This document shows, one piece after another, positions 49,190 to 57,977 of a stretch of 64,000 bases of DNA; the first letter of the stretch is position 1; each line of letters starts with the position of its first letter. This stretch comes from Acidobacteriaceae bacterium (GTDB lineage Bacteria; Acidobacteriota; Terriglobia; Terriglobales; Acidobacteriaceae): NCBI GenBank assembly GCA_049671725.1, contig JBATVK010000153.1, forward strand, positions 15,575 through 79,574. Reading direction: 5' to 3'. The translations under genes and the position numbers were made by a program. Under the pieces are notes generated by a model. The model ran no database searches. It was not told the DNA's origin and worked only from the letters and a program-made list of their open reading frames with translations.

Positions 49190-49789
49190 GTGTCACGTTT
49201 TGCGGAACCCATGGCGCGCCTCATTGAAGAGCTGCGCAAGTTGCCTGGCATCGGCGCCAAATCCGCACAGCGCCTCGCCTTTCACATCCTGCGTTCCGCT
49301 GATTCCGACGCCGAGGGCCTGGCTGCCGCAATCCGCGACGTCAAACAGAGCCTTCGCCTCTGCTCCATCTGCAACAACATCACCGACGTCGATCCCTGTC
49401 TCTACTGTTCCAGCCCCACGCGCAACCAGCGTCTGGTTTGCGTGATCGAAGAGCCGACCAATATCGCCACTATCGAGAAAACCCGCTCCTGGAACGGCGT
49501 CTTCCATGTGCTCCATGGCACGCTTTCGCCGCTGCACGGCGTCGAGCCGGAGCACCTCCGCACCGGCACGCTGGTCGCGCGCGCCCGGGGCGGGGAACTG
49601 GATGAGGTGATTCTCGCGATGTCGCCGACTGTCGAAGGCGAGGCCACGGCCAACTGGCTCGCTGACCTGCTTCGTTCCACCGGGGTGCGGATCACGCGCA
49701 TCGCCACCGGCGTTCCCGCCGGCAGCGACATCGAATACGCCGACGAGGTTACGATGTCTCGCGCGCTGGAAGGACGGCGCGAGATTTAG
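49190..49789 (+). CDS. recR: recombination protein RecR
   Basis: LIEELRKLPGIGAKSAQRLAFHIL is the HhH motif. The zinc finger is CSICNNITDVDPCLYC, and the Toprim segment is ILAMSPTVEGEATANW. The GTG at 49190 gives the usual N-terminal length, but the ATG at 49211 is an alternative. Confidence 0.95.
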   Translation: MSRFAEPMARLIEELRKLPGIGAKSAQRLAFHILRSADSDAEGLAAAIRDVKQSLRLCSICNNITDVDPCLYCSSPTRNQRLVCVIEEPTNIATIEKTRSWNGVFHVLHGTLSPLHGVEPEHLRTGTLVARARGGELDEVILAMSPTVEGEATANWLADLLRSTGVRITRIATGVPAGSDIEYADEVTMSRALEGRREI

Positions 49790-50162
49790 ACTGCTTCCGC
49801 GCTGCGGTCGTTTCAGCTTTCTGCGCCAGTTCCACCCGCTGCAGCGCCGTTCGCACCGCCGCATTGCGCCACGCCGCGTGCAGCGCCGCTTTCACCCGGG
49901 CGGGTTTGGCATCGGCCAGCAGCACGTTGGTGCAGCCTTTTCGGCCCCATGCACCCTTCAGCTTCACGAACACCCCAGGATCGACGGCCTCGAGATCCCG
50001 CTGCTGGTCCGGATACAGCTTCACCATCGCCCACCCCTCGTTGGGATACCCCAGCGTGGCGAAAATCTTCCCGTTCACCCGGAAATCCGGGTGATCCATA
50101 TGCTTGTGCTCCTCCGCGCCGGGCAGCGCCAGGGCGAGTTTGCGAAACTCAGCCGGTGTCAT
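49749..50162 (-). CDS. MmcQ/YjbR-family protein
   Basis: ALALPGAEEHKHMDHPDFRVNGKIFATL is the family signature. The ATG at 50162 overlaps the upstream stop as ATGA. The 3' end overlaps recR by 41 nt. Confidence 0.8.
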   Translation of the reverse strand: MTPAEFRKLALALPGAEEHKHMDHPDFRVNGKIFATLGYPNEGWAMVKLYPDQQRDLEAVDPGVFVKLKGAWGRKGCTNVLLADAKPARVKAALHAAWRNAAVRTALQRVELAQKAETTAARKQSKSRAVLPARETS

Positions 50163-50623
50163 GCGGGCTTCTGCTCCGCTGCCGCACGCTGCATCTCCTC
50201 GGCGCTCATGTCCCGGATGTGCGTCGCCAGCCACCATTGGAAGCCGAACGGGTCTTCCACGCCCGCGCTGCGGTCGCCGTAGAACTGATCCGCCGGTTCG
50301 CGCAGATTCTTTGCTCCGGCTGCCAGCGCCTCGCGGTATACCGCATCGCAGTCTTCCACATAAACCATCAGGCTCACTGCCGACCCTCCAAAGTGGGCGG
50401 GACTGTACACGCCGCGCTCCGGAACTTCATCGGCGAGCATAATAACAGAGTCCCCCAGCCGCAATTCCGCATGTCCCACTCCGCCGTCAGGCCTGCGAAT
50501 TCGCATGATCTCCGTGGCCCCGAAAACACTCCGGTAAAACTCAATCGCCTGCGCCGCTCCGCGCACATGAAGATACGGCTGAACGCTGTGGTAACCATCA
50601 GGCACTGGTTTCACGCTCGCCAT
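50159..50623 (-). CDS. VOC/glyoxalase-family protein (PhnB-like)
   Basis: VQPYLHVRGAAQAIEFYRSVFGATEIMRIRRPDGGVGHAELRLGDSVIMLAD is the PhnB-like pattern. A GGAGGGG SD precedes the ATG at 50623. Confidence 0.85.
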   Translation of the reverse strand: MASVKPVPDGYHSVQPYLHVRGAAQAIEFYRSVFGATEIMRIRRPDGGVGHAELRLGDSVIMLADEVPERGVYSPAHFGGSAVSLMVYVEDCDAVYREALAAGAKNLREPADQFYGDRSAGVEDPFGFQWWLATHIRDMSAEEMQRAAAEQKPA

Positions 50624-50729
50624 AGTTCCCCTCCAAAAGGCAGGAACCATTGTGAGCCTTTCCTCTGAGGAAGCGCCGTAAAAATTTAAAGGGGCAAGCT
50701 CATCGCTCGCCCCTTCATCAGATGGGATT

Positions 50730-50757
50730 GAAATTTTACCGGCCGGATCGACCGGCC
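50730..50757 (-). terminator. possible rho-independent terminator of the SQ-repeat protein gene
   Basis: GGCCGG-ATCGA-CCGGCC forms a 6-bp GC stem. On the minus strand it is followed by GGTAAAATTTCAAT, which is only moderately T-rich. Confidence 0.4.
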
Positions 50758-50762
50758 CGCCG

Positions 50763-51803
50763 TTAGTTCCTCGTCGGCGTCAGCGCCATCGGCTCCGTCA
50801 GGCTGAAGATCAGCACCGAGCCCTTCGGCAAATCAGCCGACTGCGGCGACTGCAGGAACATATGCGTAGTTACCAGTCCCGCTCCCACCACTGAGCCCAC
50901 GCCCGCTCCGACCGGACCGCCCACAACCGCCCCCGCAGCCGCTCCGGCTCCAGCGCCCGCTCCGTACTCGATCGCGTCCTTGGTGTAGTGGTGGCTCGCT
51001 TCGATGCCGCCTTCGTCGTTCACCCGCGTTCCCGGCGCCATGGACGCCACCGCTTCGGCGTACAGGTGATAGGCCGTACCGTCCGGCAGCACGATCTCTT
51101 CCGGACGCAGCCGCAGCGTCGCATGCGGGCCGATATGATGCCCCTGCGAAACGTGGGTCACCCTTCCCTGCATCACCGCGCCCGCCGGGATCACCACCCG
51201 CGCGCCGTTGTAGACGTCCTGCGTCACCACCGCGCGAAACATCGTACCCGCTGCCGTATCGGTCGTCGACAGGTCCTGCGACAGGCTCACCGTGATGTTG
51301 GTGCCCTGGCCCAGAGCGTTCGGATCCACTGGCACGTAGTTCACAATGTCGCTGTCTGGATCGAATCCGCTTGGCCGCAGGGTCCTCCCCGTCGCCGGCG
51401 GCGCCGACGTCACGATGCCATAATCCGGGTCAGCCGGTTGCGCCGCGGTATTTGCCGGCGGAACTGAGGTTACGATACCCGCATCCGGATCATCGGCCGG
51501 CGGCTGAGCAGCCGTTGCCGGCGGATTGGAAGGAGTGAGCGGAATCGCGGCCGATGGCTTCGCTTTGGCCGGTGCTGGTGCCGGCGTAGAATCCGGCGGC
51601 GGCTGAACCTCAGTAGCCTGAATCGTTGAGTCCGGCGGCGGCTGCGAGACCCCCGTCGTCTGATCCTGACTCTGACTCTGACTCTGACTCTGACTCTGAC
51701 TCTGCTGGTTCTGTTGATTCTGTGCGGACTGCGCGCCCGCCGCGCCCGCCAGCGCAAGGCTGGCCACCACCGCCATCAGCCCCATTCGACTGGTCCTGTA
51801 CAT
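50763..51803 (-). CDS. secreted low-complexity protein with (SQ)n and Pro-rich repeats, a globular central domain and a C-terminal glycine-zipper segment
   Basis: A GAGGAGG SD precedes the ATG. Signal peptide MYRTSRMGLMAVVASLALAGAAGA. Repeats include QNQQNQQSQSQSQSQSQSQDQ and three DPDxxIV(T/N)xxP units. The tail is GAGAGAGAAAGAVVGGPVGAGVGSVVGAGLV. Confidence 0.75.
   Translation of the reverse strand: MYRTSRMGLMAVVASLALAGAAGAQSAQNQQNQQSQSQSQSQSQSQDQTTGVSQPPPDSTIQATEVQPPPDSTPAPAPAKAKPSAAIPLTPSNPPATAAQPPADDPDAGIVTSVPPANTAAQPADPDYGIVTSAPPATGRTLRPSGFDPDSDIVNYVPVDPNALGQGTNITVSLSQDLSTTDTAAGTMFRAVVTQDVYNGARVVIPAGAVMQGRVTHVSQGHHIGPHATLRLRPEEIVLPDGTAYHLYAEAVASMAPGTRVNDEGGIEASHHYTKDAIEYGAGAGAGAAAGAVVGGPVGAGVGSVVGAGLVTTHMFLQSPQSADLPKGSVLIFSLTEPMALTPTRN
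51666..51701. repeat. perfect hexanucleotide microsatellite (CTGACT)x6 inside the coding region
   Basis: Six exact tandem CTGACT units on the plus strand, with a degenerate copy (CTGATC) on the 5' side and a partial CTG on the 3' side. On the minus strand they encode the (SQ)n tract. Confidence 0.95.
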
Positions 51804-51977
51804 GCGCGAAACCTCCTCGTCCGATCGCGCCCAATGCGCCTTAACCCTATAGACCCCAAAAGCGCGCTCGAGTCGCGGCGGAAAAACGTCTCCCGGAGCG
51901 CAAAATCCGCCTGGTACCAGCCTAGACCGAATCCAGGGACCGTGGCGCGCCCCTACCGGCGACGTGTACCTCGGCGA

Positions 51978-53060
51978 TTACCTGCCCCGCTCCAACTCCA
52001 TGGCTGTCACCAGGACGTCCAGCGCCGAGCTCTGCGTGCTGGCGTTGGCCGGCCCGTACGGCGCAGCCCACATCAGCCCCAGACGCTTGCCCGGCGGCTG
52101 GGCTCCCATCCACAGGCTCGCGGCGTTGGCCAGTACAAACTCCCGGTACTCCGCCTTTGGCGCAACCTCGTCGAGCGTCCGCAGGTTGCGCACAAAAATC
52201 CCTTTGAACTGCGAACCGTCGCCCCCGCACTTTGGTTCGCACGGCTCGTGCAGAATCCCACTCGCATTCCGCAGCCCCGGAGCAGCCAGCGCCGCCTCGG
52301 CAATGCTCGTTGCCTCGGCAAGCAACGTTGGATCATGCTCTGTCCGATCGAGCTCCGCAAGCCCGCCCACAATCACGCCCTGGTTGTAGGTCCATGTAGT
52401 GTCGTGGTTGTTCTCGCACGTGCTCGTCAGCCCATCGTTCACCAAATGATCCCCATTGATCATTCCCGAAGCCGAAAACCACTGCCATTCCCGCTGCGCC
52501 CACGCGAGATATCGCGCCCGCTCCTCCGCCGTGGCCGCCCGCTGCGCCAGATGCGCCGCCACCGACAGGAACAGTTCATTCGCAATCGCGTTCTTGTACT
52601 TGCGTTTCCTGCTCCACCAGATCCCGCCGCCGCAGGTCTGGCTCCATCCCCCGCTCATGTTGGCGAAGATCGATTCCGCCATGTTCAGGTAGCGGCGTTT
52701 GTGCGTCCGGTCGTAGACGTCGATCCAGGCCAGCGCCCACCAGCCCTCATCGTCGTAGTAGTCGTTGATGAAGCCTGGAGCCTGGCGCTGCGCCGCCTTG
52801 AATGTGTTAGCGAAAACCCCGTTGAACCGCTTCGACCGGATCGCGTTCGCGTAATCCGCCAGCGTCGTGATCGCGTTGGCCGAGTTCCACCACCCCGTCG
52901 TTCTGTAGAGGCCGGTGCCTGGGTCGTACCAGCTCTGCAGCGTCTGCACCGCCTCGGCCGTCCGCCGGCCCCAGTCGGGTGCGGTTGGGCTCTGCGCCGC
53001 CGCGGCTGAAACCCAACCAATGAGCGCCAGCCACGCGAATGCGCGAACTCTCCGCATCAT
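51978..53060 (-). CDS. secreted GH76-family alpha-1,6-mannanase-like glycosidase
   Basis: Signal peptide MMRRVRAFAWLALIGWVSAAAA. GH76-like motifs are WWNSANAITTLADY, DDEGWWALAWIDVY and GGGIWWS. An AGGAG SD lies upstream. Confidence 0.85.
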   Translation of the reverse strand: MMRRVRAFAWLALIGWVSAAAAQSPTAPDWGRRTAEAVQTLQSWYDPGTGLYRTTGWWNSANAITTLADYANAIRSKRFNGVFANTFKAAQRQAPGFINDYYDDEGWWALAWIDVYDRTHKRRYLNMAESIFANMSGGWSQTCGGGIWWSRKRKYKNAIANELFLSVAAHLAQRAATAEERARYLAWAQREWQWFSASGMINGDHLVNDGLTSTCENNHDTTWTYNQGVIVGGLAELDRTEHDPTLLAEATSIAEAALAAPGLRNASGILHEPCEPKCGGDGSQFKGIFVRNLRTLDEVAPKAEYREFVLANAASLWMGAQPPGKRLGLMWAAPYGPANASTQSSALDVLVTAMELERGR

Positions 53061-53139
53061 CTGCTCTCCTGAGCGAACTACCGGTGGATTAGCGTGATTG
53101 GGGAACGCGCGTGCGAGGCAGTGGACCGGGAAAGGTTAG

Positions 53140-53319
53140 CTATTTCCGGACGAAATACATCAGCCAGCTCGCGGCGATCACCGACCCCACGAACAGCACC
53201 CAGCAGAACGCGCCGTACCGGACCATCCCCCGCGGCGTCGAACGCTGCGTGATCGCAAACACCACCGACGCGAACGTGGCGAACAGCAGCACCGAGGTGA
53301 AATGAGAGAAGGCCAGCAT
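53140..53319 (-). CDS. 59-aa two-TM membrane peptide (below the ORF-track cutoff)
   Basis: Hand translation gives MLAFSHFTSVLLFATFASVVFAITQRSTPRGMVRYGAFCWVLFVGSVIAASWLMYFVRK. Its ATG directly follows the TAG of the upstream gene. A GGGAGGA SD lies 8-10 nt upstream, inside that gene. Third positions are GC-rich. Confidence 0.55.
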   Translation of the reverse strand: MLAFSHFTSVLLFATFASVVFAITQRSTPRGMVRYGAFCWVLFVGSVIAASWLMYFVRK

Positions 53320-53724
53320 CTAGACCTTCCTCCCGATGCGCAGATTGTGCGCGTCCACCGCCGCAATGAAGTTCAGCAGCCCCGCCACCACCACGAACTT
53401 TGTGCCATAGTCGGCGGTCACCAGTTGTACCGTCGGCTGTCCCAGGGAGAAGATACGCGCGATAAAGTAGAGCGCGCCCGTCCCCAGGTCGCCCGCAAAG
53501 CCCAGCATGTCCAGTGGATCGCCGGTATTTGCCGTATACACCTTGGCCTGCATCGCCAGGCCCAGCGCGAACATCGCCGTGATCGCCACAAACAGGAGCA
53601 GCGCGCGCACCCAGTGGCGTGTGATCAGGTGTCCCGCGCCCGGAATCAGCCAGCCCAGCAGCAGCGCCGAATAGGCGAATCCCTGGGTTGTGGGGGGGGC
53701 TGGTGTCTGCGCTTTCGAGGCCAT
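53320..53724 (-). CDS. 3-4-TM membrane protein, no family confidently recognised
   Basis: 134 aa from the ATG at 53724 (MASKAQTPAPP...). It carries the motif LLLGWLIPGAGHL. A TTG at 53784 is an alternative start. Confidence 0.7.
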   Translation of the reverse strand: MASKAQTPAPPTTQGFAYSALLLGWLIPGAGHLITRHWVRALLLFVAITAMFALGLAMQAKVYTANTGDPLDMLGFAGDLGTGALYFIARIFSLGQPTVQLVTADYGTKFVVVAGLLNFIAAVDAHNLRIGRKV

Positions 53725-53841
53725 CTCCAACTGATGATACAGGGTATAAGGTGCAGGGTGTAGTGCTCGCACCTGCACGTTCAAAGTCTCTTCAGCATCG
53801 AGGTGACGCTGAACTGTCGTTGCTGCCCTTCACCCTGTTCC

Positions 53842-55011
53842 CTAGATCCGCAGCAACTCCTCCTGAATCCGCCCCGTTACCTTCGCCTCGTGCTCCCCCG
53901 TGATCATGTTCACTTCGCTGCGCACCCCGAATTCCGGCAGATAAATCCCCGGCTCCACGGAAAAGCAAGTCCGCGGCAGGATGCGCCGCTCATCATGCGT
54001 CTCCAGATTGTCGAGGTGCGCCCCGCTGCCGTGCAGCTCGGTTCCGATATTGTGCCCGGTGCGGTGCGTAAAGTACTGCCCATAGCCGGCCTGCGCGATC
54101 ACCCCGCGTGCCGCATCGTCCGCCTCGAATCCCGCGATGGGCCGGTTGCTGGCGAAAGCGTCCCGTACCGCGTCGATGGCCGCGTTGCGGGCATCCCGCA
54201 CGATGGCGAAGATCACCCTCTCTCGATCCGTCGGCGTGCGCCCCACCACCCCCGTCCAGGTAATGTCGTACCAGCACGTCCCCGGCCGGTCCTTGCGCGC
54301 CCAGATGTCCAGCAGCAGAAAGTCCCCGTTGCAGATCGGCCGGCTTCCTCCCGGCTTGGGCTCGTAGTGCGAGTCCGAGCTGTTCTCGTTCACGGAAACG
54401 TTCGGACCGTGATCCCAAACCAGCCCGGCGCGCCCCATCGCATCCCGGAACCACACCATCATCTCGTGCTCGGTCGCCGGCCAGCCCGAGCGCGCGCGGT
54501 TCCCGATGGTCAGGAAGCCCTCTTCCACGATCTCGTCCAGCGCCTTCTGGGCTTCGTAGTGGCTGGCGATCTGTTCCTCGGCCAGCACCGCCAGGAAGCG
54601 GCTGACCAGGTCGGCCGAGCTCACGATCGTCTTGCCCATCGAGCGCAGCAACTCCACCGTCCCCGCATCCACCATGGAGACGTACATGATGGCGTTGCGC
54701 GGCGAGTATTGCATGGCAATGCGCTGCCACGGCGCCAGCATCGCGTCCAGCCGCTGCTCCAGCTCCTGCCACGACGAGTACGCCCCCTTCGATCCGGGCA
54801 GGGAATCCAGCTTGCCCGCTTCGATGCGGTGCACCAGTTTGCGCGGCTCGCCCTCCGCCGGAATCACGTAATACCACCGCCGGCTCACCAGCCCCGTATC
54901 CGGCAACCCCAGGATCCCCGCGGCCAGCGGATCTCGATGATGATGGTCGTAAAACAGCCAGGCGTCGAGACTGGCTTCCCGCAGCGCGGATTGAATTGCT
55001 TCGATTTCCAT
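53842..55011 (-). CDS. M24-family metallopeptidase (aminopeptidase P / Xaa-Pro dipeptidase-like)
   Basis: Pita-bread metal-ligand pattern: FLLLDIWAR...YDITWT, HRTGHNIGTELHG, FSVEPGIY and RSEVNM. I used the internal ATG at 55011 (MEIEAIQSAL...). Confidence 0.9.
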   Translation of the reverse strand: MEIEAIQSALREASLDAWLFYDHHHRDPLAAGILGLPDTGLVSRRWYYVIPAEGEPRKLVHRIEAGKLDSLPGSKGAYSSWQELEQRLDAMLAPWQRIAMQYSPRNAIMYVSMVDAGTVELLRSMGKTIVSSADLVSRFLAVLAEEQIASHYEAQKALDEIVEEGFLTIGNRARSGWPATEHEMMVWFRDAMGRAGLVWDHGPNVSVNENSSDSHYEPKPGGSRPICNGDFLLLDIWARKDRPGTCWYDITWTGVVGRTPTDRERVIFAIVRDARNAAIDAVRDAFASNRPIAGFEADDAARGVIAQAGYGQYFTHRTGHNIGTELHGSGAHLDNLETHDERRILPRTCFSVEPGIYLPEFGVRSEVNMITGEHEAKVTGRIQEELLRI

Positions 55012-55044
55012 AACCCACCAGCCTATCGGGTTTAGGTTATAAGC

Positions 55045-55362
55045 GTGGGAAAAGAAGAGAAAGCCGGAACCTCGAGAATCAGCAGGTTCCTCGGCTGGCT
55101 CCAACTGCTGGCCAAGATCGTCATGGTGGCCGCCATCCTGGTGTGGCTCGCCGACTGGGCTGTCTTCCGCATCCGCATCGCTCGCAGTTCAGCCTTCGAT
55201 ACCGTCCAGGTGCAGGAGTATCTCTCCACCTCGCTCAAGGGCAACAAGGAAGAATACGACTACGTCGGCACCGAGCAGATCTCCTGCGTCCGCGCCCTCT
55301 TTCCGCATGCCGGCGCTGAACCCTGCTGGTGGCTCCGCCGTCACACGGTCCTGTGGGAGTAA
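55045..55362 (+). CDS. small single-TM protein, no family recognised
   Basis: 105 aa with a GTG start and strongly GC-rich third positions. It has one TM helix (LLAKIVMVAAILVWLADWAVF) and a Cys/Trp-containing C-terminus. Confidence 0.6.
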   Translation: MGKEEKAGTSRISRFLGWLQLLAKIVMVAAILVWLADWAVFRIRIARSSAFDTVQVQEYLSTSLKGNKEEYDYVGTEQISCVRALFPHAGAEPCWWLRRHTVLWE

Positions 55363-55453
55363 GTTACGAGACGAGCATCCTGACTTCGGCACGGATCGAC
55401 TCCGAGCCAACGTCTGTCTAATCCCCACACCCGTACCCCCTGGCCTCTGGCCC

Positions 55454-57022
55454 CTACTTCTTCTCCTCGTGATACTCCTGCTCCGTATTGATCTCCCACA
55501 GAGCCTGCTTGTCGATTCGCCCAGCCGCAATCTGATCCACCGCTGTCATCGCCGTCAGCATGGAGTGGTCCTGGTTGTTGTACTTGTGCATCCCGTTACG
55601 CCCCACCAGAAACAGGTTCTCGAAGCGGTCCATGTAGCGCACGATCTCGTCGAACCGGTCGTAGGTCCCAAAGTATGCCGGATACGTTTTCGGCACGTGC
55701 ACTACCTTCCAGTCGTGCACATCCGCCGCGCGCAGGATCCCGATCTTCTCCACTTCGGCAATCGCGAACCGGGCCATCTCTTCGTGCGGCATCTTCCACA
55801 TCTCGTCGGTGTCGTAGCAGAAGTACTCGAGGCCAATCCACACCTTCGCCGGATCGGCCACCATGAACGGGCTCCAGTTGTTGAAGATCTGCAGCCGCCC
55901 CACCTGCACATCCGGCTCCTGGATGTAAATCCAGGTATCCTTCAGCGGAGAGCCGTCCGGCTCCGTCACCGTCAGCCGGTCCACCAGCAGGCCCACGGTG
56001 ATGAAATCCCGGTACATCAGCCCATCCGCTACCGCGCGCACCTCCGCCGGAACCTCCACGTCCAGGCTGTGCACCAGCTCCCGCACCGGCATTGTCGAGA
56101 AGACGTAATCCGCCGCGATGGTATGCGTTGCACCCTGCGCGTCCGTCGCCTCAACGGACACGACGCGATCGCCCTCCACGTGCAGCTTGCGCGCCCGCCA
56201 GCCCATCCGCACCTCGCCGCCTTTTTGCTGCACGAGGTCGGCGACGTGCTCCCAAAGCTGTCCGGGCCCCAATTTCGGATACAAGAATCGCTCGATCAGC
56301 GAGGTCTCCGTGCCCTTCTGCGCGATCCCGTCGGACTTCTTGTTCCGCGAAAACGTCTTTTTCAGGAAATGCGCAATCGCCGTCCGCAGCGACAGCCCCT
56401 TGATCCGCTGCGCGCCCCACTCCGCGCTGATCTGGTCGCACGGCACGCCCCACACTTTTTCCGTATACGACTTGAAAAACGTCCGGTACAGCTCCGTTCC
56501 GAAGCGGTTGATCAGAAAATCTTCCAGCGTCTTCTCATTCCGCCGCGGAAACAGTTTCGTCCACAGGTAGCCGACCCCGATCTTCGTCATCCGCCACGGT
56601 CCCAGCTGTCGCACCGTCCGCCCGTTCAGCGCCACCGGGTAGTCAAAGAAGCTGCGCAGAAAATAGATTCGGCTCTTGCGCGGCCGCACCAGCATCACCA
56701 GATCCGCATCGTCGGCCGAGCCCTCACCGGCCGCGACCATGCGCTCCTTGTTCTGGTAGCGGATCGCGTGCATTCCCGTGCTCGACTCGCCGGCGGCAAT
56801 CGGCATCAGCTCCGTCCACCAGTCCATCACCCGGTCGGATTTCGAGAAGAACCGGTGCCCGCCAATGTCCATGCGGTTGCCGTTATGCCGGATGGTGCAG
56901 GAGATCCCCCCGATGCGCTCGCTCGCCTCCAGCACAATCGGCTGCACGTCGCTGCGCCGCAGCAGCTCCAGGGCCGCCGTGAGCCCGGCGGGACCGGCGC
57001 CAATGATGACCGCTGTTTTCAT
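55454..57022 (-). CDS. NAD(P)/FAD-dependent oxidoreductase (amine-oxidase / UDP-galactopyranose-mutase-like fold)
   Basis: [21 protein letters not shown]...[10 protein letters not shown] is the Rossmann dinucleotide motif. 522 aa. Confidence 0.85.
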   Translation of the reverse strand: MKTAVIIGAGPAGLTAALELLRRSDVQPIVLEASERIGGISCTIRHNGNRMDIGGHRFFSKSDRVMDWWTELMPIAAGESSTGMHAIRYQNKERMVAAGEGSADDADLVMLVRPRKSRIYFLRSFFDYPVALNGRTVRQLGPWRMTKIGVGYLWTKLFPRRNEKTLEDFLINRFGTELYRTFFKSYTEKVWGVPCDQISAEWGAQRIKGLSLRTAIAHFLKKTFSRNKKSDGIAQKGTETSLIERFLYPKLGPGQLWEHVADLVQQKGGEVRMGWRARKLHVEGDRVVSVEATDAQGATHTIAADYVFSTMPVRELVHSLDVEVPAEVRAVADGLMYRDFITVGLLVDRLTVTEPDGSPLKDTWIYIQEPDVQVGRLQIFNNWSPFMVADPAKVWIGLEYFCYDTDEMWKMPHEEMARFAIAEVEKIGILRAADVHDWKVVHVPKTYPAYFGTYDRFDEIVRYMDRFENLFLVGRNGMHKYNNQDHSMLTAMTAVDQIAAGRIDKQALWEINTEQEYHEEKK

Positions 57023-57171
57023 GCCTGGATCTGCCCGAGGCCGGCTCCGGCGTGCTTTCCGCCGGGCAGGTTCTTCACTCCGTGCATTGCTCTTCCCATG
57101 TTCCGGCCTCGTTCACGATGTGGCAACCCTATTCCGCCCGCCCGGCGGCAAATTCGCCATCCCAGGTGCCC

Positions 57172-57744
57172 TTATCGTACCGGGATGATCAGAATCGCGA
57201 AGGGTGTGGCGCCGAACATCACGAACGGCTGCTGCGTATCCGGATGCTCTTCGTGCAGCGGCAGCCCTGATTCGTTAGCCATCTTTGCATCCAGAATCAT
57301 GATGTGCGGCGGAATGTGGATATAGTCTTTCTCGCCCGCCGGCAGCTTCGTCGCAGCCGGATCGACATTGCTCCACGCCGATCCTCCCTGCAGCATGTAG
57401 GAGAAACCCGGCTTGTTCGCATCGGGATACCGTCCCGCCCCAAAGGCCTCCATGAATGCCAGCCCGTTTGCATCAAAACACGCCGGCTCCGGCTCCGGAT
57501 CAGCCCCAGCGCCCACGGGGTTGGGAGGCACGCAGGTCCATCCGTTATCGCCTCCGCGCAACACGCGCAGTTGGCCTCCGCCCTCCATACTGGCCACCGT
57601 CGCACGTGCCGCAATCGCGGCCGGCGCAGCCGACAGAGCCAGACGAATCTGCGCCTCCCGGTCCAGGGGCTTCCGTGCAGCCGCCGGACGACAGGCAGAG
57701 AGCACCAGCATGACCGTAGCCGCAGACAGCCACACAATCTTCAT
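57172..57744 (-). CDS. secreted protein, no family recognised
   Basis: 190 aa from the ATG at 57744, after a GAGGG SD. Signal peptide MKIVWLSAATVMLVLSAC. Confidence 0.7.
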   Translation of the reverse strand: MKIVWLSAATVMLVLSACRPAAARKPLDREAQIRLALSAAPAAIAARATVASMEGGGQLRVLRGGDNGWTCVPPNPVGAGADPEPEPACFDANGLAFMEAFGAGRYPDANKPGFSYMLQGGSAWSNVDPAATKLPAGEKDYIHIPPHIMILDAKMANESGLPLHEEHPDTQQPFVMFGATPFAILIIPVR

Positions 57745-57856
57745 CCCTCGAGGATGCCACCCGAGCGGCGATGCCTGCAATCGAGGCACGGCGTACCCGC
57801 TCCGGAACCGCGCCCCGAGCTCCGCTTTCGTGAGATCAAAAATCCGAGAGGACAGC

Positions 57857-57885
57857 TTGATCCCGTGTTGCCCCGGACCTAGACT
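57857..57885 (+). promoter_or_regulatory. candidate sigma70-type promoter for the Ig-repeat lipoprotein gene
   Basis: TTGATC-N17-TAGACT lies about 90 nt upstream of the ATG at 57978. This is motif-level evidence only. Confidence 0.3.
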
Positions 57886-57977
57886 ACGCAACGAGTTGCG
57901 GGTGTTCCTGTCTTTTCCGCCATCCTTCTTTTGTCGTGTTTCTCGGCCCTAACCCCCCATACAACCTGGAGGTAGCC

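Noticed and set aside
55307-57325. 672-aa plus-strand ORF
   Set aside because: It is antisense to the FAD-dependent oxidoreductase, which has a clear GxGxxG motif. It also overlaps two other real genes. Its Arg/Pro/His-rich translation is typical of a shadow ORF.
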